From positions 67,664-131,663 of the forward strand of contig JBGSXW010000005.1 of assembly GCA_041751215.1 (NCBI GenBank): a stretch of DNA of 64,000 nucleotides, in the 5' to 3' direction. This stretch comes from Candidatus Saccharimonadales bacterium (lineage in GTDB: Bacteria; Patescibacteriota; Saccharimonadia; Saccharimonadales; JBGSXW01). Shown piece after piece: positions 29,887-38,333 of the stretch (positions within the stretch are counted from its first letter, which is position 1; every line of letters begins with the position of its first letter). The notes under the pieces were generated by a model, which saw nothing but the letters and a program-made list of their open reading frames with translations, was not told where the DNA came from and ran no database searches. The translations under genes were made by a program, and so were the position numbers.

Positions 29887-31533
29887 CTACATCATCCCCA
29901 TGCCGCCAGGCATTCCACCGCCTGCCGACATCGGAGATTCTTCCTTTGGAATATCAACCACTAGTGCGCCCATAGTGATGGCAGTACCAGCAATTGAGGC
30001 AGCGTTTTGGATAGCTTCTTTGGTAACTCGAGCTGGGTCAATAATTCCTGAGCTCTTCATGTCTACTAGCTTTTTAGGGTTGGTTACATCAATACCAAAG
30101 CCTTTTTTAGCATCTCGGATCTGAGGAAACCACTCGTCTGGGTTAAGTCCTGAGTTGTGCATTAGCTCAAAGAACGGGCGAAGTAGTGCAGTCTTGAGTA
30201 GTTGTTTGCCTTCGACTAGTGGGTCGGAGCTATCAATCTTGATCGATTCGCTAAGTTGAATCATTGTTACGCCGCCACCAGCCACAATGCCCTCATCAAG
30301 AGCTGCTTTAACAGAGGCCACGGCATCGTCTACTCGGAACTTCTTTTCCTCGATTTCGGTCTCGGTTGCACCGCCAACTTTAATGACCGCAACTTTGCCG
30401 CTCAATGCTGCTCGGCGCTTGTCGAGTTGTTCTTTGTCGTACTCGCTAGCTGCTTCGGCGCTCTGAGCATTAATCTGAGCTATGCGCTGTTTAACAGAGT
30501 TAGCGGATCCGCCGCCTTCGATGATGGTAGTCTCGTCTTTGGTCACAATGACCTTGCGAGCCGTACCTAGCATTCCCAGATCGGCAGTTTCAAAAGTGTG
30601 CCCTTGTTCCTCACTGATAACCGTAGCGCCGGTTAAGGTCGCAATGTCTTGTAAAACGTCTTTTCGGCGATCACCAAAAGATGGCGCCTTAACGGCAACC
30701 GTATTAAATACGCCTTTAAGCTTGTTGAGCACCAATGTGCCTAAAGCTTCACCTTCTACATCTTCGGCCACGATGACCAAGTCCTTTTTGCCGGCTTGAG
30801 CGGCTTGCTCGAGCAGTGGCAAGAACTCTTGAACCGAGCTCATCTTTTTATCTGTTACCAGAATCAGAGGCTTTGAGTAAACCGCTTCCATGCGAGCACT
30901 GTCGGTTACCATCAGCGGACTAACGTAGCCGCGGTCCATGCTAAAGCCCTCGACAACTTCTGATTCGACTTCTAGACCTTGACCTTCTTCGACTGTTACT
31001 ACGCCGTCTTTGCCAACTTTATCTATAACATCTGCAATGAGAGCACCAATAGCTTGATCGCCAGCCGAGATTGTTGCGACTTCGGCCACGCGCTCTTTTT
31101 TGCTACCAATGTTTTCGCTCATGCCGGATAACTTCTTAAGAATGTCGCTGGCGGCGGCTTCGATTCCTTTGCGCAACTGCATTGGATTGTGTCCGGCTGC
31201 AATCAGCTTATTAGCTTCGTTGAGAATGTGGTAAGTCAAAACCGTAGCTGTGGTTGTACCATCACCGGCTACGTCATTCATTTTGTTAGCAGCTTCTTTG
31301 ATTAGGTCAGCTCCAACACTGTAGCCAAGCTTCTCGTCATCATCCTCGGGTAGTTCAACACCTTTAGCGACCGTTACACCGTCGTGAGTAACAGTAGGAT
31401 TTCCGTAACCCTTGCTGATAACTACGTTGCGACCTTTTGGCCCCATCGTTACCTTTACGGCGTTATAAAGTGCTTCTGCGCCACCAAGCACTCGTCGCCT
31501 TGCATCGTCATCATAAAATACTCGTTTAGCCAT
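29887..31533 (-). CDS. groL: chaperonin GroEL
   Basis: 548-aa ORF. AGDGTTTATVL motif, full-length GroEL pattern, C-terminal GGMPGGMGMM tail. Confidence 0.98.
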   Translation of the reverse strand: MAKRVFYDDDARRRVLGGAEALYNAVKVTMGPKGRNVVISKGYGNPTVTHDGVTVAKGVELPEDDDEKLGYSVGADLIKEAANKMNDVAGDGTTTATVLTYHILNEANKLIAAGHNPMQLRKGIEAAASDILKKLSGMSENIGSKKERVAEVATISAGDQAIGALIADVIDKVGKDGVVTVEEGQGLEVESEVVEGFSMDRGYVSPLMVTDSARMEAVYSKPLILVTDKKMSSVQEFLPLLEQAAQAGKKDLVIVAEDVEGEALGTLVLNKLKGVFNTVAVKAPSFGDRRKDVLQDIATLTGATVISEEQGHTFETADLGMLGTARKVIVTKDETTIIEGGGSANSVKQRIAQINAQSAEAASEYDKEQLDKRRAALSGKVAVIKVGGATETEIEEKKFRVDDAVASVKAALDEGIVAGGGVTMIQLSESIKIDSSDPLVEGKQLLKTALLRPFFELMHNSGLNPDEWFPQIRDAKKGFGIDVTNPKKLVDMKSSGIIDPARVTKEAIQNAASIAGTAITMGALVVDIPKEESPMSAGGGMPGGMGMM

Positions 31534-31545
31534 TGAGTTCTCCTC

Positions 31546-31812
31546 CTATTTAACCGTTGCTAAGATTTTTTCTTCTTTAACGATTATGTAATCGTCGTTT
31601 CCAACTTTAGCTTCGGTAGCACTAAATTCTTCGTAAATAATTTTGTCGCCCTTTTTGACCGACTTTACGTCTGGTCCAACCGAAACTACAACAGCCAACT
31701 TTGGCTTTTCTTGAGCGCCAGCTGTTAACAAAATGCCAGCACTGGTTTTAGTCTCAGCTTCTTCGCGCTGAGCAACCACTCGGTCTGTTAGCGGTGTAAT
31801 GTTTACGCTCAT
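31546..31812 (-). CDS. groS: co-chaperonin GroES
   Basis: 88-aa ORF immediately upstream of groEL. Mobile-loop region EEAETKTSAGILL. Confidence 0.95.
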   Translation of the reverse strand: MSVNITPLTDRVVAQREEAETKTSAGILLTAGAQEKPKLAVVVSVGPDVKSVKKGDKIIYEEFSATEAKVGNDDYIIVKEEKILATVK

Positions 31813-31853
31813 ACTTATAAACCTCCATAATTCACGTATTGTTTACACGTATT

Positions 31854-31880
31854 TTAGCACTTGCACTATGAGAGTGCTAA
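31854..31880. promoter_or_regulatory. CIRCE operator (HrcA binding site) of groES-groEL
   Basis: TTAGCACTT-N9-GAGTGCTAA against consensus TTAGCACTC-N9-GAGTGCTAA. Lies between the promoter and the groES start. Confidence 0.9.
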
Positions 31881-31891
31881 TTCAGGACTCA

Positions 31892-31920
31892 ATGATAGGC
31901 AAGCCGCTGGTGTGTGTCAA
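31892..31920 (-). promoter_or_regulatory. sigma-70-type promoter of groES-groEL
   Basis: On the minus strand: TTGACA (31920-31915), 17-nt spacer, TATCAT (31897-31892), directly upstream of CIRCE. Confidence 0.75.
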
Positions 31921-31937
31921 GAGCTGAGAGTTCAGAT

Positions 31938-32750
31938 TTACTCAAAAGCGGCGGCGCTCATAGGTTCGATGAGACCGGTAAATTCGTGGGCTAGGCGATC
32001 TTCGTCAATCTCGCTGCCGTCGCTTAAATCTAAGAGATCTTCGGTGTCGTCTGCTCGGTGAAGATCAGCTAGCAGCTCAGCAAACTCAGCATCGATTGGG
32101 TCAAGGCTGGCGTGCTGGTCGTCGCTTGGCGTAGCCTCTAGCGCTGATCCTATTGAATCGGCTAGTTGATCACGACTTTCGGCCTTTAGATCTGGGAGCG
32201 GCCAAATTCCTTCATGAGAAACCTGATAAAAGGCCTCAGTCCCGTTGTTGTGAATAAACTGCAGAATAAACAAGTTCGTATTTGTGATCTGCTCGACACT
32301 CGGAATGGCAGGTGGTTCTTCGCTAGGCTTTAGCAGCCCAACCGGCATGTAGACTCGAATGCGCAAATCGCTAGCATACTGCGCCTCACCTAGAGCGCCC
32401 GGTTGGTCAGAAACTTCAATTCGCCTAGGAGCCACTAGGTGCACGTGTCTCGGCAGTCTTTCGGGCTCTTTCAGGAGAATCGAGTAGTAGTGATGCCCGC
32501 TTTCTGTGGGATCATCGGGTTTGATAAAAGCCCCACCGGGTTGTCGGTAAGGTCTAGGTGTAGACAGATGCCTTGATACCGAACGCTCGAGTTCAGGGTC
32601 CTCATCGGCACGTCCGCTTTCTAAGTTTCGTTGCATCCTGTGGCGCTCTGCCTGAGCTGCATCAATGAATCGATCCTGCAACAAATCGACCAACTCCTCT
32701 AAGTGGGGGTTGTGCTCTAGTTCTGGTTCTTCGGAAAATTCTTGTGCCAT
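31938..32750 (-). CDS. hypothetical acidic protein
   Basis: 270-aa ORF with a strongly acidic N- and C-terminus. No recognisable motif and no signal peptide. Confidence 0.55.
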   Translation of the reverse strand: MAQEFSEEPELEHNPHLEELVDLLQDRFIDAAQAERHRMQRNLESGRADEDPELERSVSRHLSTPRPYRQPGGAFIKPDDPTESGHHYYSILLKEPERLPRHVHLVAPRRIEVSDQPGALGEAQYASDLRIRVYMPVGLLKPSEEPPAIPSVEQITNTNLFILQFIHNNGTEAFYQVSHEGIWPLPDLKAESRDQLADSIGSALEATPSDDQHASLDPIDAEFAELLADLHRADDTEDLLDLSDGSEIDEDRLAHEFTGLIEPMSAAAFE

Positions 32751-32896
32751 GGGTTCCTAATTATATCTCATTTCCAGTAGTCAAGCTGTGCATAACCTTA
32801 ATGGTCGTCATACTATATAACAAATTCTTATTGAAATCAATACTACTATGTGTTAGTGTTACTTCCATTCGACCCCCTATCGGAAGGGAATCCAAC

Positions 32897-33319
32897 ATGA
32901 CGGTCGGAAGCACATGGCAAGGTATCAGTCTCAGCACGAAGGTGCTGGGGATCACACAGGGCAAAGGCAGTGAGGACAAGCCTCACACCTTCGCCCGAGT
33001 GAGAGGAGTGGTCACGAGGCCAACGGACATCGCGGCGGTGAAGCGTCAAGCGCAGCACGCAGCCACCATGACCCCCGGCTTCAGCAGCAAGATGATCGAG
33101 TTCGAGGCCGACGGCCCCGGAAGGACGATCATCAGGCTGCAGACCAACAGCGGTGAGATCATCTTCGAACCCCAGGCGCGGGACATCGCCGAACGGTTCG
33201 TGAAGCAGCTCATGGCTCTCATCCGGCAAGCGAACGGAGAGCTCGACCTCGACGAGGCCAGCACCGCCGCCGAGCCACCCATCACGTCCGGACGCCCCAA
33301 GCTCCAGGCCGTGACCTGA
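32897..33319 (+). CDS. hypothetical protein (high-GC islet C)
   Basis: The GC-rich part of track ORF 32744..33319. The Met at 32897 is preceded by GGAAGGGA. 140 aa, GC3-rich, no motif. The AT-rich upstream part of the track ORF is unlikely to be coding. Confidence 0.5.
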   Translation: MTVGSTWQGISLSTKVLGITQGKGSEDKPHTFARVRGVVTRPTDIAAVKRQAQHAATMTPGFSSKMIEFEADGPGRTIIRLQTNSGEIIFEPQARDIAERFVKQLMALIRQANGELDLDEASTAAEPPITSGRPKLQAVT

Positions 33320-33415
33320 TCCACCCGCCAGCCACCCTCGATGGGGACCGTGAGACTTCGGTTTCACACCCCATCGAGGCGGCCGGCGACCTTGCAAATT
33401 AATCCCTTCCCAAAC

Positions 33416-33492
33416 AGCCTGATCTATACCGTGAGCGTCACCGCTCGCCCCGTACACTCGTACAATCTATAGATCAGGCTTTTCTCTTTTTT
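33416..33492 (+). terminator. terminator-like long hairpin after islet C ORF
   Basis: AGCCTGATCTATA (33416-33428) pairs with TATAGATCAGGCT (33468-33480), followed by TTTCTCTTTTTT. A second hairpin at 33336-33379 (CCTCGATGGGG/CCCCATCGAGG) has an inner CTTCGG-capped stem. Confidence 0.6.
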
Positions 33493-33503
33493 AGCCCTTA
33501 AAA

Positions 33504-34805
33504 CTAGTTCTTGAGTTTATCTTTTAGCAATTCCTTGGCGACTTCGCGGTCATCCCAAGGTATTTTTTTGCCTGCGCCAACTGTCATGTAGGTTTGACTG
33601 CCCATGCCAGTAATTACTACGGTGTCATCAGGCCTGGCAATCTTAAAGGCCTCGGCAATCCCATCACGCCGACTGGCAATCTCCTTGCACTTAGACTCGC
33701 CGCCTTTAACTTTTTTAATGCCTTTATAGATTTGCTTACGAATAGCAGCTGGATCCTCAGTATACGGTTCTTCATCTGTTAATATGATCCTATCTGCTAG
33801 TTTGGCAGCAATCTCACCCATTCCTGGACGCTTTAAGGCGTCTCGGTCGCCACAGCTCCCAAACACTAAAATGACTCGGCGCTTAGTGAGCGCACTTAAA
33901 GTCTCTAGCAGGTTTTGCAAAGCATCGGGAGTGTGAGCGTAATCAACAATCACGCTAAATGATTGTCCGACATCAATAGTTTCCATGCGGCCGGGCACCG
34001 CTTCTAAATCGAGTAGTCCTTCGCCGATGTGATGCTTGTCTACGTGCAACAAGTAGGTTGCTGCGACTGCTGCGACTGCGTTATAAACGTTAAACTTCCC
34101 GACTAGCTTGGTAGCTAGTTTCATTTCTGTAGTTTTATCGATAGTTAGTTTAAAAGTGCTGCCTTTGGCGCCTAGCTTGGCTTCTTCGATTCGGCAATCG
34201 GCTTCTTCGCTTATGCCAAACGACATCTTATGCTGCCCAGCTTCAAACTGATTAAAGTAATCGAACCATTCGTCGTCTCTGTTTAAAACAATAGAATCTG
34301 GCATCATCTTAAGCAACTTGGCCTTGGCGGCCGCGTAGTTCTCCATAGTTCCAAAGTAATCTAGATGATCCTGCGTAAGATTGGTCACCACAGCCGCCTT
34401 AAACGGAATACCCCACAGCCGAAACTGCTGTAGGCCGTGAGCCGTGACCTCTAATACCACCCAGTCAACACGCTTGGCGCGCATCTTGGCTAACATCTTC
34501 TGAACTTTAAAGGGATCGGTTACCGTCATGTTGGTTTCATTAGGAGTAACCTTATCGCCAATCTGATAGTAGGCCGTGGTGCTTACTCCGACCCGATACC
34601 CTGCAGACCGTAAGATACTAGCAATAAAGGATGACGTGGTGGTTTTGCCATTGGTGCCAGTTACGGCAATAATCTGCATGCGCCGAGCCGGAAAACCATA
34701 AAGCACACTAGCTAACACTCCGCGCAGCCAGTGATAGGCAGGCAGAATGTGTCTAAGCAATCCCGTTGGGATGATCTTTTTTAGCCATCTCCTCATGGCA
34801 CTCAT
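33504..34805 (-). CDS. murE: Mur ligase, MurE-like (UDP-MurNAc-L-Ala-D-Glu:diamino acid ligase)
   Basis: 433-aa ORF. VTGTNGKTTTSSF P-loop, EVTAHGLQQFRL, NLTQDHLDYFGTMENY, GSCGDRDALKRPGMG...ILTDEEPYTEDP. The N-terminal domain is shorter than in E. coli MurE. Confidence 0.75.
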   Translation of the reverse strand: MSAMRRWLKKIIPTGLLRHILPAYHWLRGVLASVLYGFPARRMQIIAVTGTNGKTTTSSFIASILRSAGYRVGVSTTAYYQIGDKVTPNETNMTVTDPFKVQKMLAKMRAKRVDWVVLEVTAHGLQQFRLWGIPFKAAVVTNLTQDHLDYFGTMENYAAAKAKLLKMMPDSIVLNRDDEWFDYFNQFEAGQHKMSFGISEEADCRIEEAKLGAKGSTFKLTIDKTTEMKLATKLVGKFNVYNAVAAVAATYLLHVDKHHIGEGLLDLEAVPGRMETIDVGQSFSVIVDYAHTPDALQNLLETLSALTKRRVILVFGSCGDRDALKRPGMGEIAAKLADRIILTDEEPYTEDPAAIRKQIYKGIKKVKGGESKCKEIASRRDGIAEAFKIARPDDTVVITGMGSQTYMTVGAGKKIPWDDREVAKELLKDKLKN

Positions 34806-34853
34806 GATACAGGACAGGTGATGATAGAATCTAGAGGTTAAACGAGAGACAGA

Positions 34854-35882
34854 GTGAAAATACTAGGAATAGAGAGTAGTTGCGATGAAACCTCGGCCGC
34901 CGTTGTAGACGACGGAGCTAAATTACTGTCGAATGTCGTCGCCTCTCAGATCGAAATCCACAAAGAATACGGGGGAGTAGTACCCGAAATCGCTGCCCGC
35001 AACCACATCGAAGCGATTATTCCAGTTATAAACAAGGCCTTAACCGAAGCCAAATGCAGCTGGGATGACATCGATGCTATAGCAGTTACTCGCGGGCCGG
35101 GATTATCCGGAGCGCTCTTGATCGGCACTTTGACTGCTCGAACCCTAGCCCTAGCCAAGAAAAAGCCACTCTACGGAGTTAATCACGTCGAGGGGCATGT
35201 TTACGCCAACTGGTTAATTGAGCCGAAACCTGAATTTCCGGTGCTAGCTCTGATCTGTTCTGGATTGCATACTGAGTTGGTTTTATTTAAGAATCACGGT
35301 GAGCATCAAATGCTTGGCCACACAAGAGATGACGCCGTCGGGGAAGCGTTTGATAAAGTAGCAAGAATTATTGGTCTACCTTATCCAGGTGGACCAGCCA
35401 TACAAGCGGCCGCCAAAGCCGGCGATCCCCACGCCTTTAAGTTTCCAGTTGCAAAACTGGATACACCTTACGAATTTAGCTTCTCAGGGCTCAAAACAGC
35501 CGTTCTCAGGCAAGTTCAGTCTCTCTGCGGGAAAGACTACGATTTTCCGTCATTCAATCTAGCCGAGCTCCTGAGTGAGTCTCAGCGCAACGATCTAGCA
35601 GCCTCTTTTCAGTATGGAGCAGTTAAAACCCTAGTAGATAAAACCATGTTGGCTCATAAAGAGTTTCAGCCCAAAACTGTAATCATCGGTGGCGGAGTGG
35701 CTGCCAGCGCCGAGCTTCGGCGTCAGCTAACAGAGGCGCTACCAATTGAAATCAACTACGCACCGATAAGTCTTTGTACTGATAACGCGGCCATGATCGC
35801 CACGCTTGGCTACTACGAATCCCAGCGCCGGGAGCCTGATGATCCAAATACCCTAAAAATTGATCCCAGTTTGAGCTTATAG
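34854..35882 (+). CDS. tsaD: tRNA N6-adenosine threonylcarbamoyltransferase
   Basis: 342-aa ORF. MKILGIESSCDETSAAVV, VNHVEGH metal motif, GGGVAAS. Confidence 0.95.
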   Translation: MKILGIESSCDETSAAVVDDGAKLLSNVVASQIEIHKEYGGVVPEIAARNHIEAIIPVINKALTEAKCSWDDIDAIAVTRGPGLSGALLIGTLTARTLALAKKKPLYGVNHVEGHVYANWLIEPKPEFPVLALICSGLHTELVLFKNHGEHQMLGHTRDDAVGEAFDKVARIIGLPYPGGPAIQAAAKAGDPHAFKFPVAKLDTPYEFSFSGLKTAVLRQVQSLCGKDYDFPSFNLAELLSESQRNDLAASFQYGAVKTLVDKTMLAHKEFQPKTVIIGGGVAASAELRRQLTEALPIEINYAPISLCTDNAAMIATLGYYESQRREPDDPNTLKIDPSLSL

Positions 35883-35883
35883 T

Positions 35884-36882
35884 CTAAGCTGCTTGATGTA
35901 CGTCTTCCGACAATGAGTCAGCTAATTCAACCATCCGCTCAGTATGTTCATCTATGTCAGCATGAAGCTCCTCAAGTTCCTCATCGCTTAGTCTTACCCC
36001 GATTTGTGAAAGTGAGATCCGCTCAGTTTGATACATATTTACGTCAACGCCTTTAATCCTATGCACTAAGTAACCCAAAGCTGCTGAGGTATAGCCGTCT
36101 ACTACTCTCGTTAGGATGTTCTCCTCTTTGCGTATAAGAGTGATTCTCTCAGCTTTTTCATTTGGCCCTAGACTGGTGTCAGCTTCAACTTTTTCTCGTT
36201 CGGATACGTAATCGCTTGCCCTCTCAGAAAGCTTATCCATCATCATTGGCGACACGAACAAGAATCCTGCATGCTCGCCTAGGTCGTGAATAGTGACATC
36301 AAGTTTCTCAACGCCAACTGGCATCTTTCGTTCATGCACATAGCGACTGTAATCGTCGCCGGAAACTATTTCTTTGTGGGTATCGCTCTCGCTGCTATAT
36401 TCTACGGGCCTTGCACTAAAAACATTTTGATGAGCATCAATAAAATCGTTGAGGCGCTTGACTGTAGGCAAGGACACCATAGCTACGCCCTCTTCAAAAA
36501 TTGGGTAGCTGCCTTCTGAAGCTAGATCGTAACCCATGGCTCGGAGCAGTGGCGCTAGCTTAGAGTCAAAGGCTGGGGTGAGCACTGTTAATGTGGTCCC
36601 TAGTTCTGCTGAAATCTGCTGGGCCAGCCAGCCAGCATCAGGATCTTCTCCGTCTACGTATTTCGTTCGCCCAGGCCTTTTGGAGTGTTCAATGAGGATC
36701 CGTTCGTCATCTTGCTCAACTCTTAGGTCTACTTTGTCGTTGTGAAACTCAAAAAGAAGCTGAGCTTCTGTCTGCTCGCCGTTGTTAGTTGGGATGTCGT
36801 CAGGCGTAATCAGCTCGTGCTCCTGGGGAGGCACAGCGGCGAATTCGTTCGGATCTACTGGCATTTCTGTTTCTGTTACCAC
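35884..36882 (-). CDS. hypothetical acidic protein, paralog 1
   Basis: 332-aa ORF. Shares blocks with the next gene: LLFEFH vs VLFDFD; DDYSRYVHERKMPVGVEKLDVTIHDLGEHAGFLFVSPMMMDKLSERA vs GDVYSSYLESKEMPLGTETLALLIHDRVTHIGWLFMSPLVTDLLSARA. Confidence 0.6.
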   Translation of the reverse strand: MVTETEMPVDPNEFAAVPPQEHELITPDDIPTNNGEQTEAQLLFEFHNDKVDLRVEQDDERILIEHSKRPGRTKYVDGEDPDAGWLAQQISAELGTTLTVLTPAFDSKLAPLLRAMGYDLASEGSYPIFEEGVAMVSLPTVKRLNDFIDAHQNVFSARPVEYSSESDTHKEIVSGDDYSRYVHERKMPVGVEKLDVTIHDLGEHAGFLFVSPMMMDKLSERASDYVSEREKVEADTSLGPNEKAERITLIRKEENILTRVVDGYTSAALGYLVHRIKGVDVNMYQTERISLSQIGVRLSDEELEELHADIDEHTERMVELADSLSEDVHQAA

Positions 36883-36936
36883 CCTTAAACATTAGCATAT
36901 TGTTGACTAACTGTCAATCTGAACCCTGCGGTAAAG

Positions 36937-37845
36937 TTAAGCAGCAACTGCGTGCTCAGCTAGCGACTCACCAAAGTCCCGTAAAGCTCTTGTGTGACGC
37001 TTCAGGTCTTCTCCTACTGCATCAGCAAGCTCGGGTGTTAGCTCGATTCCAGCAGACGATAAAAACTCCAGCTCCCTCTCCGGCGTAACTGCTTCGGGAT
37101 CTTTGATTCTATCTCTGAGAAGTTTGGCTAGGCATCGAACATGTAAAGTTTGTGTATAAAGATCGACTTGGTAGGTCATCGCGTTTTGGTCCGATCTAGC
37201 GGCGGTCGCTTGCTCAGGATCTTCTGCTTGATCTGATAACTCTTGGGCACGGGCGCTAAGTAAATCTGTCACAAGTGGCGACATAAACAACCACCCAATA
37301 TGCGTAACTCGATCGTGTATCAGTAAAGCGAGAGTTTCAGTGCCCAGAGGCATTTCTTTGCTTTCCAGGTACGAACTGTAGACATCGCCATCAACCACAC
37401 CAGCTCGGTGCTCTACTTGCTCCACAGAGAACAGTTCGGGATGTTGAGCGAGAACCACGTTTACTCGGTCGGCTGATGGAATAGTAAGCTCGGTTACCGT
37501 ACCTCCCGATTCACCACGCCTGAGTGTGTAAGAGTATCCTAACAACTGCGTTATGTTTCCAAGTGGTCCACTACCAACCAGATCAAAGGTAGACTTTGCT
37601 TCCTTCAGTTCTTCTTTAAGCGCAGCGTAGAGTCTGTAGTCCTCATATTCTACTGGGGTTTCCTGGGTAGAGGGAGCTCGAATTGTGTGCGTGAGCTGCG
37701 TATAGTCCCCGTTAGTCGTCATCCGCATAGCATGTGAGCCCATATCAAAATCGAAGAGCACTTCTTCATTTGTTTGGGCTTCGTGCTGAGCCTCGAATTC
37801 TTCCGGGGCTTGAGGAGGATTTTCAACTGCGACAGCTGATGTCAT
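36937..37845 (-). CDS. hypothetical acidic protein, paralog 2
   Basis: 302-aa ORF, paralogous to 35884..36882 (blocks listed there). No signal peptide or TM helix. Confidence 0.6.
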   Translation of the reverse strand: MTSAVAVENPPQAPEEFEAQHEAQTNEEVLFDFDMGSHAMRMTTNGDYTQLTHTIRAPSTQETPVEYEDYRLYAALKEELKEAKSTFDLVGSGPLGNITQLLGYSYTLRRGESGGTVTELTIPSADRVNVVLAQHPELFSVEQVEHRAGVVDGDVYSSYLESKEMPLGTETLALLIHDRVTHIGWLFMSPLVTDLLSARAQELSDQAEDPEQATAARSDQNAMTYQVDLYTQTLHVRCLAKLLRDRIKDPEAVTPERELEFLSSAGIELTPELADAVGEDLKRHTRALRDFGESLAEHAVAA

Positions 37846-37899
37846 AAACCAAATACTGCCACAATCTTGCTAATTGTCAAGACTTGTGAGGAATTCAGG

Positions 37900-38232
37900 C
37901 TAGTATAGCCGGCCGCCTAGGGGCACACTCTTGTCGGGCTGGATAAGCATGCAGTTGCCTTTGCCATCTGGTACGCCAAGTGTAAGGACTTCCGAAACAG
38001 CTGGCCCGATCTGGCGTGGCGGAAAGTTCACCACACACAGCACCAACTTGTCTTGAAGCTCATCCTTGCTGTAATTGGCCGGGAGTTGAGCGCAAGACTT
38101 CTTAACGCCGATCTCTTCTCCCAGATCAATCTTGAGCTTGTAAGACGGGTTGCGAGCTTCCGGAAAATCCGCCACTTCAACAATCTTGCCGACGCGGATA
38201 TCAAGTTTTTCAAAGTCTTCATAGGTTGCCAT
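37900..38232 (-). CDS. tRNA-binding domain protein (CsaA/EMAP-II-like)
   Basis: MATYEDFEKLDIRVGKIVEVADFPEARNPSYKLKIDLGEEIGVKKSCAQL is the typical CsaA OB-fold pattern. Start taken at the Met at 38232. Confidence 0.82.
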   Translation of the reverse strand: MATYEDFEKLDIRVGKIVEVADFPEARNPSYKLKIDLGEEIGVKKSCAQLPANYSKDELQDKLVLCVVNFPPRQIGPAVSEVLTLGVPDGKGNCMLIQPDKSVPLGGRLY

Positions 38233-38333
38233 GCAGATATTGTACACCTAGCCTTTTGCCCTCGAGTGGCATAGAATAGAAACAGCGGACAAAGTGAGGT
38301 GCCCGACGGGTATTTAGTTGTTCTAATTTTCAT

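Noticed and set aside
29581-30124. ORFs 29581..29763 (with an internal peptide repeat TSELVRTAPGV / TPEFVREKPGV) and 29738..30124.
   Set aside because: The first lies wholly in the modular nucleotide repeat, and its peptide repeat mirrors the duplicated R module. The second runs antisense into groEL. The homologous copies at 8160-8348 and 49241-49703 do not conserve any reading frame.
38028-38333. ORF 38028..38333 and the extended start of the csaA-like ORF at 38247.
   Set aside because: The first overlaps the CsaA frame without motifs. The conserved CsaA N-terminus begins at MATYEDF (38232).
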